DNA of 64,000 nt, taken from an uncultured Acidobacteriota bacterium. GTDB lineage: Bacteria > Acidobacteriota > Thermoanaerobaculia > UBA5066 > Gp7-AA6. The position numbers and the translations under genes are program-made. The DNA lies in contig CAWFHK010000001.1 in NCBI GenBank assembly GCA_963815655.1, positions 1,997,813 to 2,061,812 of the forward strand, read 5' to 3'. The notes under the pieces were generated by a model. The model was given only the letters and a program-made list of their open reading frames with translations. It did not search any database and was not told the origin of the DNA. Below are positions 1 through 9,859 of the stretch, in pieces. Positions within the stretch are counted from its first letter, which is position 1. Each line of letters starts with the position of its first letter.

Positions 1-1003
1 AGGTTTCCGCCGACTCCTGCGCGAGCGCGACGAGGAGCCCTCCGGACGTTTGGGCGTCGCAGAGCAGGAGGAAGTCCTCATCGGTGACGCCGGGCCCGCT
101 CGCGGATCGCGGCTTCAAGTTCCGGACGTTGACGCGGGAGCCGTCCGGGGCGATCCCCCTGGCCGCCAGCCGCCGGGCGGCGGGCAGGAACGGGATCTTC
201 TCCACTTCGAACTCCGCCGTCGTCTTCGAGGCCGACATCATTTCGTGGGCGTGGCCGAGAAGCCCGTAGCCCGTGATGTCGGTTGCCGCGTGGATCTCGA
301 AGCCTTCCATCGCCTCCGCCGCGGGGCGATTCAACGCCGCCATGACTCCAACGGCCTCCTCGAGCTCCCGATCGGAGAGGAGGCGCCTGTGGAAGAAACC
401 TCCGGCGCTCCCGGAAGCCAGCGTGTCGGCGCGCCCCGCGCAGACCGTCACGCCGATTCCGAGGGGCTTCGTCAGCACGAGCGCGTCGCCCGGCCGCGCG
501 CCGGCATTGCGCGTGATCCGCGACTCCTCCGCGAGTCCCGTTACAGCGAGGCCGTAGACCGGAACGTCGAGGTCGATCGAATGCCCTCCGCCGACGACCG
601 CTCCGGCCTCCGCCACCTTCTCGACGCCTCCCCGGAGGATCTCCTCCAGGACCTCCGGCGGCAGGGCCCCCGTCGGAAACGCGGCGAGCGCGAGGGCGAG
701 CACGGGACGCGCCCCCATCGCATAGACGTCGGAAAGCGCGTTGGCCGCCGCGATCTGGCCGAAGAGAAAGGGGTCGTCCACGACGGGCGTGAAGAAGTCT
801 ACCGTCTGGACGAGGACCCGCCCCGCCCCGATCCGGTACACGGCCGCGTCGTCGGCATGGGCGTTGCCCACCAGCAGGTTCGGGTCCGCCGGGGCCGGCA
901 GCCTCGCGAGAAGCGCGGAAAGGTCGAACTGACCGATCTTGCAGGCTCAACCCGCGCTCGACGCGAACGTCGAGAGCGCGGGGTGACCCGATTTGTATGT
1001 CAC
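1..1003 (-). CDS. selD: Selenophosphate synthetase (selenide, water dikinase), selenocysteine-containing form; the C-terminal ~45 aa run off the window start
   Basis: Minus-strand frame translates to ...SSAG-U-ACKIGQFDLSALLARLPAPADPNLLVGNAHADDAAVYRIG...PLGIGV...HAATDITGYGLLGHAHEM...LLCDAQTSGGLLVAL, colinear with E. coli SelD. An in-frame TGA (fwd 947-949) aligns with the catalytic Cys17 position (GAG-C-GCK vs AG-U-ACK). GTG start at 1003. The track ORF 78..950(-) is in the wrong frame. Confidence 0.8.
900..946 (-). promoter_or_regulatory. Candidate SECIS-like hairpin (AAGAUCGGUCAGUUCGACCUU, GGUC-containing) just 3' of the selD UGA
   Basis: Position 10-30 nt downstream of the in-frame UGA; short stem GGUC/GACC with a 5-nt loop. 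Inferred by eye only, no folding was run. Confidence 0.3.
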
Positions 1004-1043
1004 GAGGGGATTATGTCGCGTCCACCGCGACGGTTCCAGACAC

Positions 1044-1130
1044 GGGTTCCAGGTTTCCGGTTCCAGGTTTCCGGTGGCCACGACAGCGCCAGGCCTTCCT
1101 GAAACCTGAAACTTGAAACTTGAAACCCCG
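1044..1130. repeat. Imperfect palindrome built from GGTTTCC/GGTTCCA ... TGAAAC(C/T) hexamer-like units (GTTTCA-family hairpin, copy 1)
   Basis: Left arm ggttccaggtttccggttccaggtttccgg (1044-1075), right arm cctgaaacctgaaacttgaaacttgaaacc (1099-1129). Lies between the DUF883 stop and the selD start. Same family as copies at 50590, 52296 and 61390. Confidence 0.7.
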
Positions 1131-1132
1131 GC

Positions 1133-1423
1133 TTAATCGTCTCCGCCGCGGACCAGGAATCCGAGGAGGAAACCGACGCCGAGGGAAATCGCGACCGCGG
1201 TCCCGGGATTCTCCTTGACGTAACGGAGCGCGTCGCTCCACACGTCGCCGTAGTCCTTTTCGATGCGGCGGGCGGCCGTTTTCACGCCCTTGCGGACGTC
1301 GTCGCTCACGTCGTCGAACTGCTCGCGCGCCTTCGTGTACGAATCGCCCAGGACCTCCTTGGTCTGATCGATCTTCTCTTCGACGAAGTCGCGGGCGCGG
1401 TCGAACGGAGTCTCTTTCGCCAT
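1133..1423 (-). CDS. DUF883/ElaB-YqjD family small membrane-anchored protein (96 aa)
   Basis: ATG preceded by GGAGGTGAAGG; charged helical N-terminus and a C-terminal TM segment (AVAISLGVGFLLGFLV), typical of the ElaB family. Confidence 0.75.
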   Translation of the reverse strand: MAKETPFDRARDFVEEKIDQTKEVLGDSYTKAREQFDDVSDDVRKGVKTAARRIEKDYGDVWSDALRYVKENPGTAVAISLGVGFLLGFLVRGGDD

Positions 1424-1510
1424 CCTTCACCTCCGGTTCCAAAACGCGGATCATATACCCTAGACACTCCGCACGATGAGCACCGCCTTCTCTCGCGCGC
1501 CGGGGACCGT

Positions 1511-2755
1511 GTGAGACGTCCGGTCACTTCGGTCGTCCAGAAGGCCCGCGCGCGGAACCCGTGGATCCCCCAGGCTCCGCTCCGGCTCCTCGTGACCGCC
1601 TGGAACATCATGGTCGAGACGTATCGCGGCTTCCGCGCGGACCGCGGCGCCGATCTGGCCGCCTCCCTCTCCTTCTCGACGATGCTGACCGCCGTTCCGC
1701 TGCTGGCGACGTTCGCGCTCTTCCTGGCCACCTTCTTCAAGCAGAACGTCGCCGCGATCTTCGACCTCGTCAACATCGTCCTCCCCTACCACACGGCGCA
1801 GGTCACGGAGAACCTCCGGGACTTCATCGCGCAGTCCACGACGATCACCGGGATCGGCCTCGCCGTGCTGATCGTGGCGTCCTTGCGCCTCCTCTTCATC
1901 GTGGAGGGCATCGTCAACACGGTCTGGGGTGCGCCCCGCCGGCGCAACCTGCTTCACCGCGTCGCGGTGTACACGCTCGTCCTCTTCGCGTTCGGCCTGC
2001 TCGTCGGCTCGATCGCTCTCGGCGTGCGCTTCTTGAAACATTTCGCCATGGCCAACGACATCCTCTCCGCGCCCGCGACCGATTTTCTCTTCCCCCTCGC
2101 CGTCGAGTTCGCGGCCCTGACGCTCCTCTACAGGTTCCTCCCCAACGCGCACGTCCGCTGGACCTGCGCCGCGCCCGCCGGCGGCGCGGTGGCGGCGGCG
2201 CTCGAGCTGCTGCGCTTCCTCTTCGGCCTCTACGTCAAGGCGCTCTCCCGCGTGAACCTCATCACCGGGTCTCTCACGCTGGTCCTCCTGACGCTCCTCT
2301 CGGTCTATTTCGTGTGGGTCTTGATCCTGCTCGGCGTCGAGCTCACCCACGTGCTCCAGACGCAGACCGCCGGCCGCCGCACGATCGGCGGGCCGCGGGC
2401 CGGCGAGGCGGAGAACGCGGTCCGGATGCTCCTGCGTCTCTCCCAGGGCGGGACGCACGCCCTGCGCGAGCTGTATACCGAGCAGGAGGCCTCCGCGACC
2501 GACGCGGAGAGGCTCCTCGAATGCATGAGGGAGAAGGGACTGATCGAGGGGGACGCCGCGCTCGGTTACTCGCTCGCGAAATCGGCGCGGAAGATCACGG
2601 TCGCCCAGGTCGTGGACGCGGTCTCGCCCAACCTCTACACGATCACCCCCGAGGAGGGGGACCGGGTCGTCGAACTGCTGTCTCCTCTCTTCGAGCGGCT
2701 GCAGGCGGAGCGGCGGGCGCTCCTCGGCACGACCATCGCCGACCTCAGGAAGTAG
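1511..2755 (+). CDS. YihY/BrkB family inner-membrane protein
   Basis: GFRADRGADLAASLSFSTMLTAVPLL motif plus a polytopic membrane profile; the exact start (1511 or an internal Met) is uncertain. Confidence 0.75.
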   Translation: MRRPVTSVVQKARARNPWIPQAPLRLLVTAWNIMVETYRGFRADRGADLAASLSFSTMLTAVPLLATFALFLATFFKQNVAAIFDLVNIVLPYHTAQVTENLRDFIAQSTTITGIGLAVLIVASLRLLFIVEGIVNTVWGAPRRRNLLHRVAVYTLVLFAFGLLVGSIALGVRFLKHFAMANDILSAPATDFLFPLAVEFAALTLLYRFLPNAHVRWTCAAPAGGAVAAALELLRFLFGLYVKALSRVNLITGSLTLVLLTLLSVYFVWVLILLGVELTHVLQTQTAGRRTIGGPRAGEAENAVRMLLRLSQGGTHALRELYTEQEASATDAERLLECMREKGLIEGDAALGYSLAKSARKITVAQVVDAVSPNLYTITPEEGDRVVELLSPLFERLQAERRALLGTTIADLRK

Positions 2756-4412
2756 CGCGGAACCGCCGCGAGAGCGCGACCTCCCCCCGATAGCCGGCGA
2801 TCTCCGACTCCCGCCTCGCCTCGCTCCAGCCGAGCTCTCGGGCCATCAGCGCGGCGGCCCGCTCCACGGCCTCTTCTCCCTGCCGCGGCGCCTGCCAGAA
2901 GAGATGCGTGCGGCGGATCAGGGCATCCGTCAGCGACCGGGCGTCCTCGCGGCGCGCCGCGAAGACGATCTCCGCCTCGATGTCGGGGAGGCCCGGGCAG
3001 AGCGGCCGCGCGAGCGCGGCGTCTCCCGCGACGACGTCGAGGACCTCGGCCGCCCGCGATCCGTACCGCCGCGCCAGGTGATCGGCCGTTCCCGCGTCGA
3101 TCGCTTGATCCGAGGCGGCGGCGATCTCCAGGAGCGCGGTGACGGACTCCTCGCGGGATCTCCCGGGCGCGCCCGGAAACGGCCTCGTCTCCGTCGTGCC
3201 GGCGGGCACGGCGACCCCGCGAGCGGCCAGCAGGCGCGCCGCCCGATCCACGGCCCGCGCCGCCATGCGGCGGTGCGTCGTCAGCTTGCCCCCCGTCGCC
3301 GTCAGGAGGCCGTCCGCGGAGAGGAGAAGGACGTCTTCGCGGCTCGTGTCCTCGACGCGTCTTCCCGGCTCGCGCACCAGGGGACGCAGGCTCGCGAAGG
3401 TCGCCACCACGTCGGACCCGGTCAGGCCCGACGCCGGGAAGGTCTCGTTCGCCTCTTTGAGCAGATACGCCACCTCCGCCGGCTTCGCCACGACCTCGTC
3501 GAGAGATCCGGCGTAGTCGGAGTCGGTCGTTCCGAGGAGCGTCACCGGCCCGTCGGGAACCGCGAACAGGAGACGTCCTCCGGAGTCGGGAAACGCGACC
3601 GGGCAGTTGACGGGAAGGCGCCGCGCCGGCAGCGTGACGTGGACCCCCTTGGCCAGACGCAACAGGGGCGCGCAACCCGGATCGTCCAGCGATCGCAGGC
3701 GATCGGCCCACGGCCCCGTCGCGCTCACGACGACGCGCGCGCGGACCGCGAAGCCCCGGCCGGATTCCCGGTCCCGGACCTCCGCCCCGCTCGCCGAGCC
3801 CGACGCGTCGTGGACGAGGCCCGCCACCTCGAGGCGCGAGACCGCGACGGCGCCCAGGGAAACGGCGTCGAGCACGTTCTCGAGGGTCAGGCGCGCGTCG
3901 TCCGTCCGGGCGTCCGCGTAGGCGGCGCCGCCCAGGAGGTCCGGGCTCTCGAGCGCGGGCTCCTTCCGGAGGATCTGTTCGCGCGAGAGCCGCCGGTGGA
4001 ACCGGTGAGACCTCCCGAGCGCCAGCAGGTCGTAGGCCGTCAGGCCGAGCGCCAGGAGCCACGGCGGGACGCCGCGCCCGCGATAGGACGGGAAGAGGAA
4101 CTCGACAGGCCGGACCAGGTGCGGAGCGAGCCGGACGAGCCGGTCGCGCTCGGACAGGGACTCGAAGACCAGTTTCACGTTGCCGGTCTTGAGGTAACGC
4201 AGTCCTCCGTGAACGAGCTTCGTGGACCGCCACGATGTTCCGGAGGCCCAGTCTGCGCGCTCGACCAGCGCGACCTCTAGCCCGCGCGTCGCGGCATCGC
4301 GCGCGATTGCGGAGCCGGTGATCCCGCCCCCGATGACGAGCATGTCGAAGAGCGCCCGCTCGAGCGCGGCGACCCGCTCGGTCCGGGGAGGAAAGCCGAA
4401 TCCGGAAGTCAA
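2745..4412 (-). CDS. glpD: FAD-dependent glycerol-3-phosphate dehydrogenase
   Basis: N-terminal FDMLVIGGGITGSAIARDAATRGL dinucleotide fold; KLVHGGLRYL motif; full-length similarity to GlpA/GlpD. Confidence 0.85.
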   Translation of the reverse strand: MTSGFGFPPRTERVAALERALFDMLVIGGGITGSAIARDAATRGLEVALVERADWASGTSWRSTKLVHGGLRYLKTGNVKLVFESLSERDRLVRLAPHLVRPVEFLFPSYRGRGVPPWLLALGLTAYDLLALGRSHRFHRRLSREQILRKEPALESPDLLGGAAYADARTDDARLTLENVLDAVSLGAVAVSRLEVAGLVHDASGSASGAEVRDRESGRGFAVRARVVVSATGPWADRLRSLDDPGCAPLLRLAKGVHVTLPARRLPVNCPVAFPDSGGRLLFAVPDGPVTLLGTTDSDYAGSLDEVVAKPAEVAYLLKEANETFPASGLTGSDVVATFASLRPLVREPGRRVEDTSREDVLLLSADGLLTATGGKLTTHRRMAARAVDRAARLLAARGVAVPAGTTETRPFPGAPGRSREESVTALLEIAAASDQAIDAGTADHLARRYGSRAAEVLDVVAGDAALARPLCPGLPDIEAEIVFAARREDARSLTDALIRRTHLFWQAPRQGEEAVERAAALMARELGWSEARRESEIAGYRGEVALSRRFRATS

Positions 4413-4419
4413 GCGCCTT

Positions 4420-5610
4420 TCACGAACGCGCCTTTTCGCCGGCCCCGACGCCCCGGCGGAAGGCCTTCAGCAGCGGAGGCGCGAGAAACGTCGTCGCGAA
4501 GACGGCGAGCACGACGGCCACGAAGACCCCCTCCGCCAGCGCGCCCGTCGCCTTCCCCAGAGACGCGAAGATCAGGCCCACCTCGCCGCGCGGCACCATC
4601 CCGGCGCCGATGAAGGCCCTCCGGACTCTCCCCCACGCGCAGAAGCCGGCCGCGAACTTGCCGAGGAACCCGATGACGGTCAGGCCAAGCGCGAGGAGAA
4701 GGGCGGGTCGATTCTCCCGCACGAGCGGGTTCAGAAGGGCGACGTCCACCTGCGCGCCCACCGCGACGAAGAAGAGCGGGGCGAAGAGATCCACCGCCGG
4801 CTTCAGGGCGAGGGTGATGTCGTGCCGCCGGTTCGTGCGCGCCAGCACGAGCCCCGTCGCGAAGGCCCCCACGATCTCGGCCGATCCCGCCTTCTTCGCC
4901 GCGACCGCCACGAGCAGCGCGAAGGCAACCGACGCCGCCACGAGCACGCCGCGCACGTTGGCCCGCCCGACGATCCCGATCAGCCGGTGGCCCAGGGGGA
5001 TCCCGAGCGCCAGCGCCACGACCAGGAATCCGACGGCGAGGCTCGTGGCCCGGAGGACCATCGCCGTCTCCACGGTTCCCCTCTCGGCGATCCGGGAGAC
5101 GACGGCGAGGACCACGAGCCCCAGCACGTCGTCCACGACCGCGGCCCCCAGGATGATCTGTCCCTCGCGCGACGACAGGGCCTTCAACTCGGAGAGGACG
5201 CGCGCCGTGATCCCGATCGACGTCGCCGTCAGGGCGGCGCCGACGAAGATGGCGGTCAGAGTCGGATGGCCGAGCACGCGCGTGAAAAAGAAGCCGCCCA
5301 GGAAGGGAAGCGCCATTCCCGCCAGAGCGACCACCAGCGCGGGAGCGCCGACGCGCGCCAGCTCGGCGAGATCCGTCTCCAGGCCGACCTCGAAGAGGAG
5401 CAGGATGACCCCGATCTCCGCCACCAGCAGGATCCCGGCCGTCAGGGAGACGAGGCCCAGGACCGAGGGACCGAGCAGCACGCCCGCGAGCAGCTCCCCG
5501 AGGACCGCCGGCTGCCCGAGCCTCTCCGCCACCTCCCCGAGGAGCTTGGCCCCCAGCAACGCCGAGGCGAACGCGAGCAGAAACGAGGAAAGGTCGATCC
5601 CGTGATCCAT
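4420..5610 (-). CDS. Cation:proton antiporter (CPA/Kef-NhaP-type Na+/H+ exchanger family)
   Basis: Twelve-TM profile with LGELLAGVLLGPSVLGLV and GLETDL motifs. The long antisense ORFs 4222..5778(+) and 4610..5605(+) are artefacts. Confidence 0.8.
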   Translation of the reverse strand: MDHGIDLSSFLLAFASALLGAKLLGEVAERLGQPAVLGELLAGVLLGPSVLGLVSLTAGILLVAEIGVILLLFEVGLETDLAELARVGAPALVVALAGMALPFLGGFFFTRVLGHPTLTAIFVGAALTATSIGITARVLSELKALSSREGQIILGAAVVDDVLGLVVLAVVSRIAERGTVETAMVLRATSLAVGFLVVALALGIPLGHRLIGIVGRANVRGVLVAASVAFALLVAVAAKKAGSAEIVGAFATGLVLARTNRRHDITLALKPAVDLFAPLFFVAVGAQVDVALLNPLVRENRPALLLALGLTVIGFLGKFAAGFCAWGRVRRAFIGAGMVPRGEVGLIFASLGKATGALAEGVFVAVVLAVFATTFLAPPLLKAFRRGVGAGEKARS

Positions 5611-5746
5611 TCCGATCGATGGTATCTCCGTCGGGCTTTCGGCCGGAGGCGCTCGCTTCGCGAGCGGCGGCCGAGAGAGTTCAAGGCCGGAGCCAGACCG
5701 CGAAGCGCATTCGCCACTTGCGTGCTATCCTTCGCGTTCCTCGCGT

Positions 5747-5823
5747 GGGGCTGTAGCTCAGTTTGGGAGAGCGCCTGAATCGCACTCAGGAGGTCGCCGG
5801 TTCGATCCCGGTCAGCTCCACCA
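5747..5823 (+). tRNA. tRNA-Ala (anticodon CGC)
   Basis: GGGGCUGUAGCUCAGUUUGGGAGAGCGCCUGAAUCGCACUCAGGAGGUCGCCGGUUCGAUCCCGGUCAGCUCCACCA: cloverleaf with G3:U70 Ala identity pair, anticodon loop AU-CGC-AC, T-arm GGUUCGAUCC, encoded CCA. Confidence 0.9.
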
Positions 5824-5949
5824 ACCCACGAAACCGCCAGGTCTCGCGACGGCACTCCGAACCGCCTCGCGGCCGCGGGATGTGGGGACCTCTCCTTTCA
5901 TGAGCGCCCCGCGTCAGCCAAACAGGCTCGCCTGTGTCTTGGAAGGGCT

Positions 5950-6723
<774 letters not shown>

Positions 6724-7497
6724 CTATTCCGGCGTGGTGTAGGCGACGGTGATGCCGCCGTCCACGGTCAGGGCGGCGCCGTTGACGTAGGAGGAGTCGT
6801 CGGAGGCGAGGAAGAGGGCGGCTCGCGCCACCTCCGACGCCTTGGCCAAGCGGCCGAAGGGGATGTGGACCATGCGGCGGGCGCGGCGGGCGGGGTCGCC
6901 GAGGAGCTCGGCCATGAGCGGCGTGTCCACCGGGCCGGGGCAGAGGGCGTTGACGCGGATGTTGCGGCGGGCGAACTCGACGGCGGTCTCGCGGGTGAGC
7001 GAGAGGACCCCGCCCTTGCTCGCCGTGTAGGCGATCTGCGGCGTCGCCGACCCCATGAGAGCGACGAACGACGCCGTGTTGACGACGCTCCCGCCCCCCG
7101 CGCGCAGGAGCGCGGGGATCCCGTACTTGCACCCGAGAAAGACCCCCTTGAGATTGACGCGCATCACGAGGTCCCACGTCTCCTCGTCGGTCTCCAGGAC
7201 TCCCCCGTCGGCGGCGGGGAAGATGCCGGCGTTGTTGAAGAGAACGTTCAGGCGCCCATAGCTCTCTTCCGCCGCCGCGACCATCGCGCGGACCTCGTCG
7301 GCGCGCGAGACGTCGGCATGGACGAAGCGCGCGCGCCCCCCCGCGGCCTCGACCAACGAGACGGTCTCCTTCCCGGCGGCATCGGCCACATCGGCGACGA
7401 TGACGCTCGCCCCCTCGCTGGCAAAGAGAATCGCCGCCTCCCGCCCGATCCCGCTCCCCGCCCCCGTGATCAACGCCACCTTGTCTTTCAGCCGCAT
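6724..7497 (-). CDS. SDR-family short-chain dehydrogenase/reductase
   Basis: TGAGSGIGRE Rossmann motif, NNAG, YTASKGG catalytic motif. Confidence 0.85.
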   Translation of the reverse strand: MRLKDKVALITGAGSGIGREAAILFASEGASVIVADVADAAGKETVSLVEAAGGRARFVHADVSRADEVRAMVAAAEESYGRLNVLFNNAGIFPAADGGVLETDEETWDLVMRVNLKGVFLGCKYGIPALLRAGGGSVVNTASFVALMGSATPQIAYTASKGGVLSLTRETAVEFARRNIRVNALCPGPVDTPLMAELLGDPARRARRMVHIPFGRLAKASEVARAALFLASDDSSYVNGAALTVDGGITVAYTTPE

Positions 7498-7514
7498 CTC
7501 GACCTCAGCTTGCT

Positions 7515-7542
7515 TTCACAATTCACAGTTCACAATTCACAA
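7515..7542. repeat. Tandem heptamer (TTCACAA/TTCACAG) x4 in the intergenic spacer upstream of the SDR start codon
   Basis: ttcacaa ttcacag ttcacaa ttcacaa read directly from the sequence. AT-rich against a 70% GC background; TCACA/TGTGA is a CRP-type half-site. Confidence 0.6.
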
Positions 7543-7549
7543 TTTCCTC

Positions 7550-8944
7550 TCATCCTCTCTCGAAGAACCTTGCCTTCTCCCAGTCCGTCACCGCCTCGTC
7601 GAACTTCCTCTGCTCGGTGCGCAGGAAGTGGACGTAGTGGTTGACGAACTCCTCGCCGAACGCCTCGCGCGCGAAGGCGCTCGACGCGAACCGGTCGGTG
7701 GCATCCCGCAGCGTCCGCGGGACGCGGGGCCGCGACCCGGCGGCGTACGCGTCCCCCTGGAAGATCGGCGGCGGCTCCGTGCGGCGCGCGATCCCGTCGA
7801 GTCCCGAGGCGAGCGCGGCGGCGTAGGCGAGATACGGATTCGCGTCGGCGCCCGGGATGCGGCATTCGATCCGCAGCGACGGGCCCTCCCCCACCACGCG
7901 GAAGCCCGACGTGCGGTTGTCGTGGCTCCAGGCGATGGCCGTGGGCGCGAACGACGCGCTCTGGAATCGCTTGTAGGAATTGACCGAGGGCGCCGCCATG
8001 GCGGCGAGCTCTTCCGCGCGGGCCAGCCAGCCGCCGAGGAACCACCGGAAGAGGTCGCTCGCGGCGATCGGGCCGAGCGGCGAAGCGCCAGCGAAGAGAT
8101 TCTCCTTCCCCGCCGCGTCCCAGAGGGAGACGTGCTGGTGCAGCGAGCTTCCCGCCAGCTTCTCGTTCCACTTCGCCATGAACGTCACGGCAAAGCCCTG
8201 CCGGTCGGCGATCTCCTTGGCCGCGTGCTTGGTCAGGACGTTTCGATCGGCCTGCTCCATGACCTCGCAGTACCGGACGTTCAACTCCTGCTGACCGGGC
8301 CCCCACTCCCCTTTGGAGCCCTCCATCGGCACGCCGCTCGCGTCGAGGCCGCGGACGACGGCCCCGACGAGCGGCTCCTCCCTCGTCCCCTGGAGGATGT
8401 GGTAGTCCTCGATGTAGCCGCCGAAGGTCTCGAGATCCTGGAACCGCTTCCTGCGCGCGGATTCGTACGTCTCTCGAAAGACGTACATCTCCAGCTCCGA
8501 TCCCGCCCGCGCCTCGAATCCCATGTCGAGGGCCCGGTCCACCTGGCGCGCGAGGACTCGCCGCGGCGCGACCTCGACCGGCCGCCCGTCGAAATCGCCG
8601 ACGACGTCGCAGAGGACGATCGCCGTCTTCTCGAGCCAGGCCGCCCGGCGCGCGGTCTTCCAGTCGGGGACGCACCGGAAGTCGCCGTACCCCTCCTCCC
8701 AGCTCGCGAACGCGTAGCCCGGCACGGGATCCATCTCCATGTCGCAGGCGAGGAGGTAGTCGCAGGCGTGAAAGCCGTGGCCCGCCACGCCCTCGATGAA
8801 GAAGCGGCCCACGAAGCGCTTTCCCAGCAGGCGACCGTAGAGGTCCGGGAAGACGGCGAGGACCGTCGCGATTTCGCCCGCCTCGACGAGCCGCGTCAGC
8901 TCCTGCCGACCGAGCTTGCCGGGAAGGGACTCCGCACCTGCCAT
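7550..8944 (-). CDS. Glutamine synthetase-family protein (gamma-glutamyl ligase, GlnA3/PuuA-like)
   Basis: GS catalytic-domain motifs (ELEMYVF, SLHQHVSLWD, NPYLAYAAALASGLDGI); 464 aa. Confidence 0.8.
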   Translation of the reverse strand: MAGAESLPGKLGRQELTRLVEAGEIATVLAVFPDLYGRLLGKRFVGRFFIEGVAGHGFHACDYLLACDMEMDPVPGYAFASWEEGYGDFRCVPDWKTARRAAWLEKTAIVLCDVVGDFDGRPVEVAPRRVLARQVDRALDMGFEARAGSELEMYVFRETYESARRKRFQDLETFGGYIEDYHILQGTREEPLVGAVVRGLDASGVPMEGSKGEWGPGQQELNVRYCEVMEQADRNVLTKHAAKEIADRQGFAVTFMAKWNEKLAGSSLHQHVSLWDAAGKENLFAGASPLGPIAASDLFRWFLGGWLARAEELAAMAAPSVNSYKRFQSASFAPTAIAWSHDNRTSGFRVVGEGPSLRIECRIPGADANPYLAYAAALASGLDGIARRTEPPPIFQGDAYAAGSRPRVPRTLRDATDRFASSAFAREAFGEEFVNHYVHFLRTEQRKFDEAVTDWEKARFFERG

Positions 8945-8989
8945 GGTTGCCTCCGCGACTGGCCGCCTGAGCGCGAGCGGAAGGCAAGT

Positions 8990-9859
8990 CTAACCGCTGG
9001 ATCCCAGGGAAGCGTCCGTCTCGGCGGCCGGGTAGGTTCCGAGCCGGCGCAGGCCCGTCGAGCGCTTCTCGAGCGCCTCGACCGCCGCGTCCAGGTCTCC
9101 CTCGCATCCGGCCGGGGCGACGGCGTCGAGGTAGAAGAGGTACTCGAAGCGCGAGCCCCGCACGGGACGGCTCTCGATCTTCGTCAGGTTGATGCCGAAA
9201 TCCGCGAAGGGGCGAAGACTCTCGAAGAGAGCCGCCGGGCGGTTCTGCGCACGAAAGAGAAGCGTGGTCTTGAGCGGGCGCGGATCGCTCCGGCCGCGGG
9301 CCGGGCGATCCTCCGGCCGCGCGATCAGGAGGAACCGGGTGAAGTTCGTCGGATCGTCCTCGAGGTGCTCCAAGAGCACGCGGCCCCCGTAGACCTCCGC
9401 GGCCCGGAGGCTCGCGATGGCCGCCGTGTCGCCGCGGCCGCCGGAGATCACTTCTTCGGCGGCGGCGGCCGTGTCCTGGACGGCCACCGCCTCGATCCCA
9501 GGGTACCGCCGAAAGAACTCCCCGCACTGGAGCAGGGCCATGGGATGGGAGAGCACGCGCCGGACGCCTTCGACCGCGACTCCCGCCGGCGCGATGAGCG
9601 CGTGCGCGATGCGGAGAACCGCTTCCGCCGACACGGTGACCCGGTGGCTCGCGAGCAGGTCGTAGCAGGCATGAACGGACCCGGCGAGCGTGTTCTCGAT
9701 CGGCACCGCTCCCCACCGCGCGCGGCCCGAGGAGACGGCCTCGAAGAGGTCCTCGAAGCGGGCGCACGGGAGAAGCTCGGCGCCGCCGGCGAAGTCCCGG
9801 GCGGCCTGTTCGCTGAAGGCTCCGGGGACTCCCTGGTAGGCGATCGCGCCGGCGCTCAT
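8990..9859 (-). CDS. pheA: Prephenate dehydratase
   Basis: [23 protein letters not shown].. ESRP PDT motifs with a C-terminal ACT domain; ATG overlaps the upstream stop (ATGA). The track ORF 8990..10864 has a spurious N-terminal extension. Confidence 0.85.
   Translation of the reverse strand: MSAGAIAYQGVPGAFSEQAARDFAGGAELLPCARFEDLFEAVSSGRARWGAVPIENTLAGSVHACYDLLASHRVTVSAEAVLRIAHALIAPAGVAVEGVRRVLSHPMALLQCGEFFRRYPGIEAVAVQDTAAAAEEVISGGRGDTAAIASLRAAEVYGGRVLLEHLEDDPTNFTRFLLIARPEDRPARGRSDPRPLKTTLLFRAQNRPAALFESLRPFADFGINLTKIESRPVRGSRFEYLFYLDAVAPAGCEGDLDAAVEALEKRSTGLRRLGTYPAAETDASLGSSG

Noticed and set aside
50-1102. 350-aa ORF on the plus strand and the 78..950(-) ORF
   Set aside because: Both are frame artefacts of the selD region: the real gene is on the minus strand in a third frame and is interrupted only by the Sec UGA. 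Their translations are Arg/Gly/Pro-rich low-complexity strings typical of wrong-frame high-GC DNA.
4222-5778. 518-aa plus-strand ORF (and 4610..5605) opposite the Kef-type antiporter
   Set aside because: Antisense to a clearly homologous 12-TM antiporter; the composition is RRG/EDE-rich with no domain. This is the classic high-GC antisense open frame.
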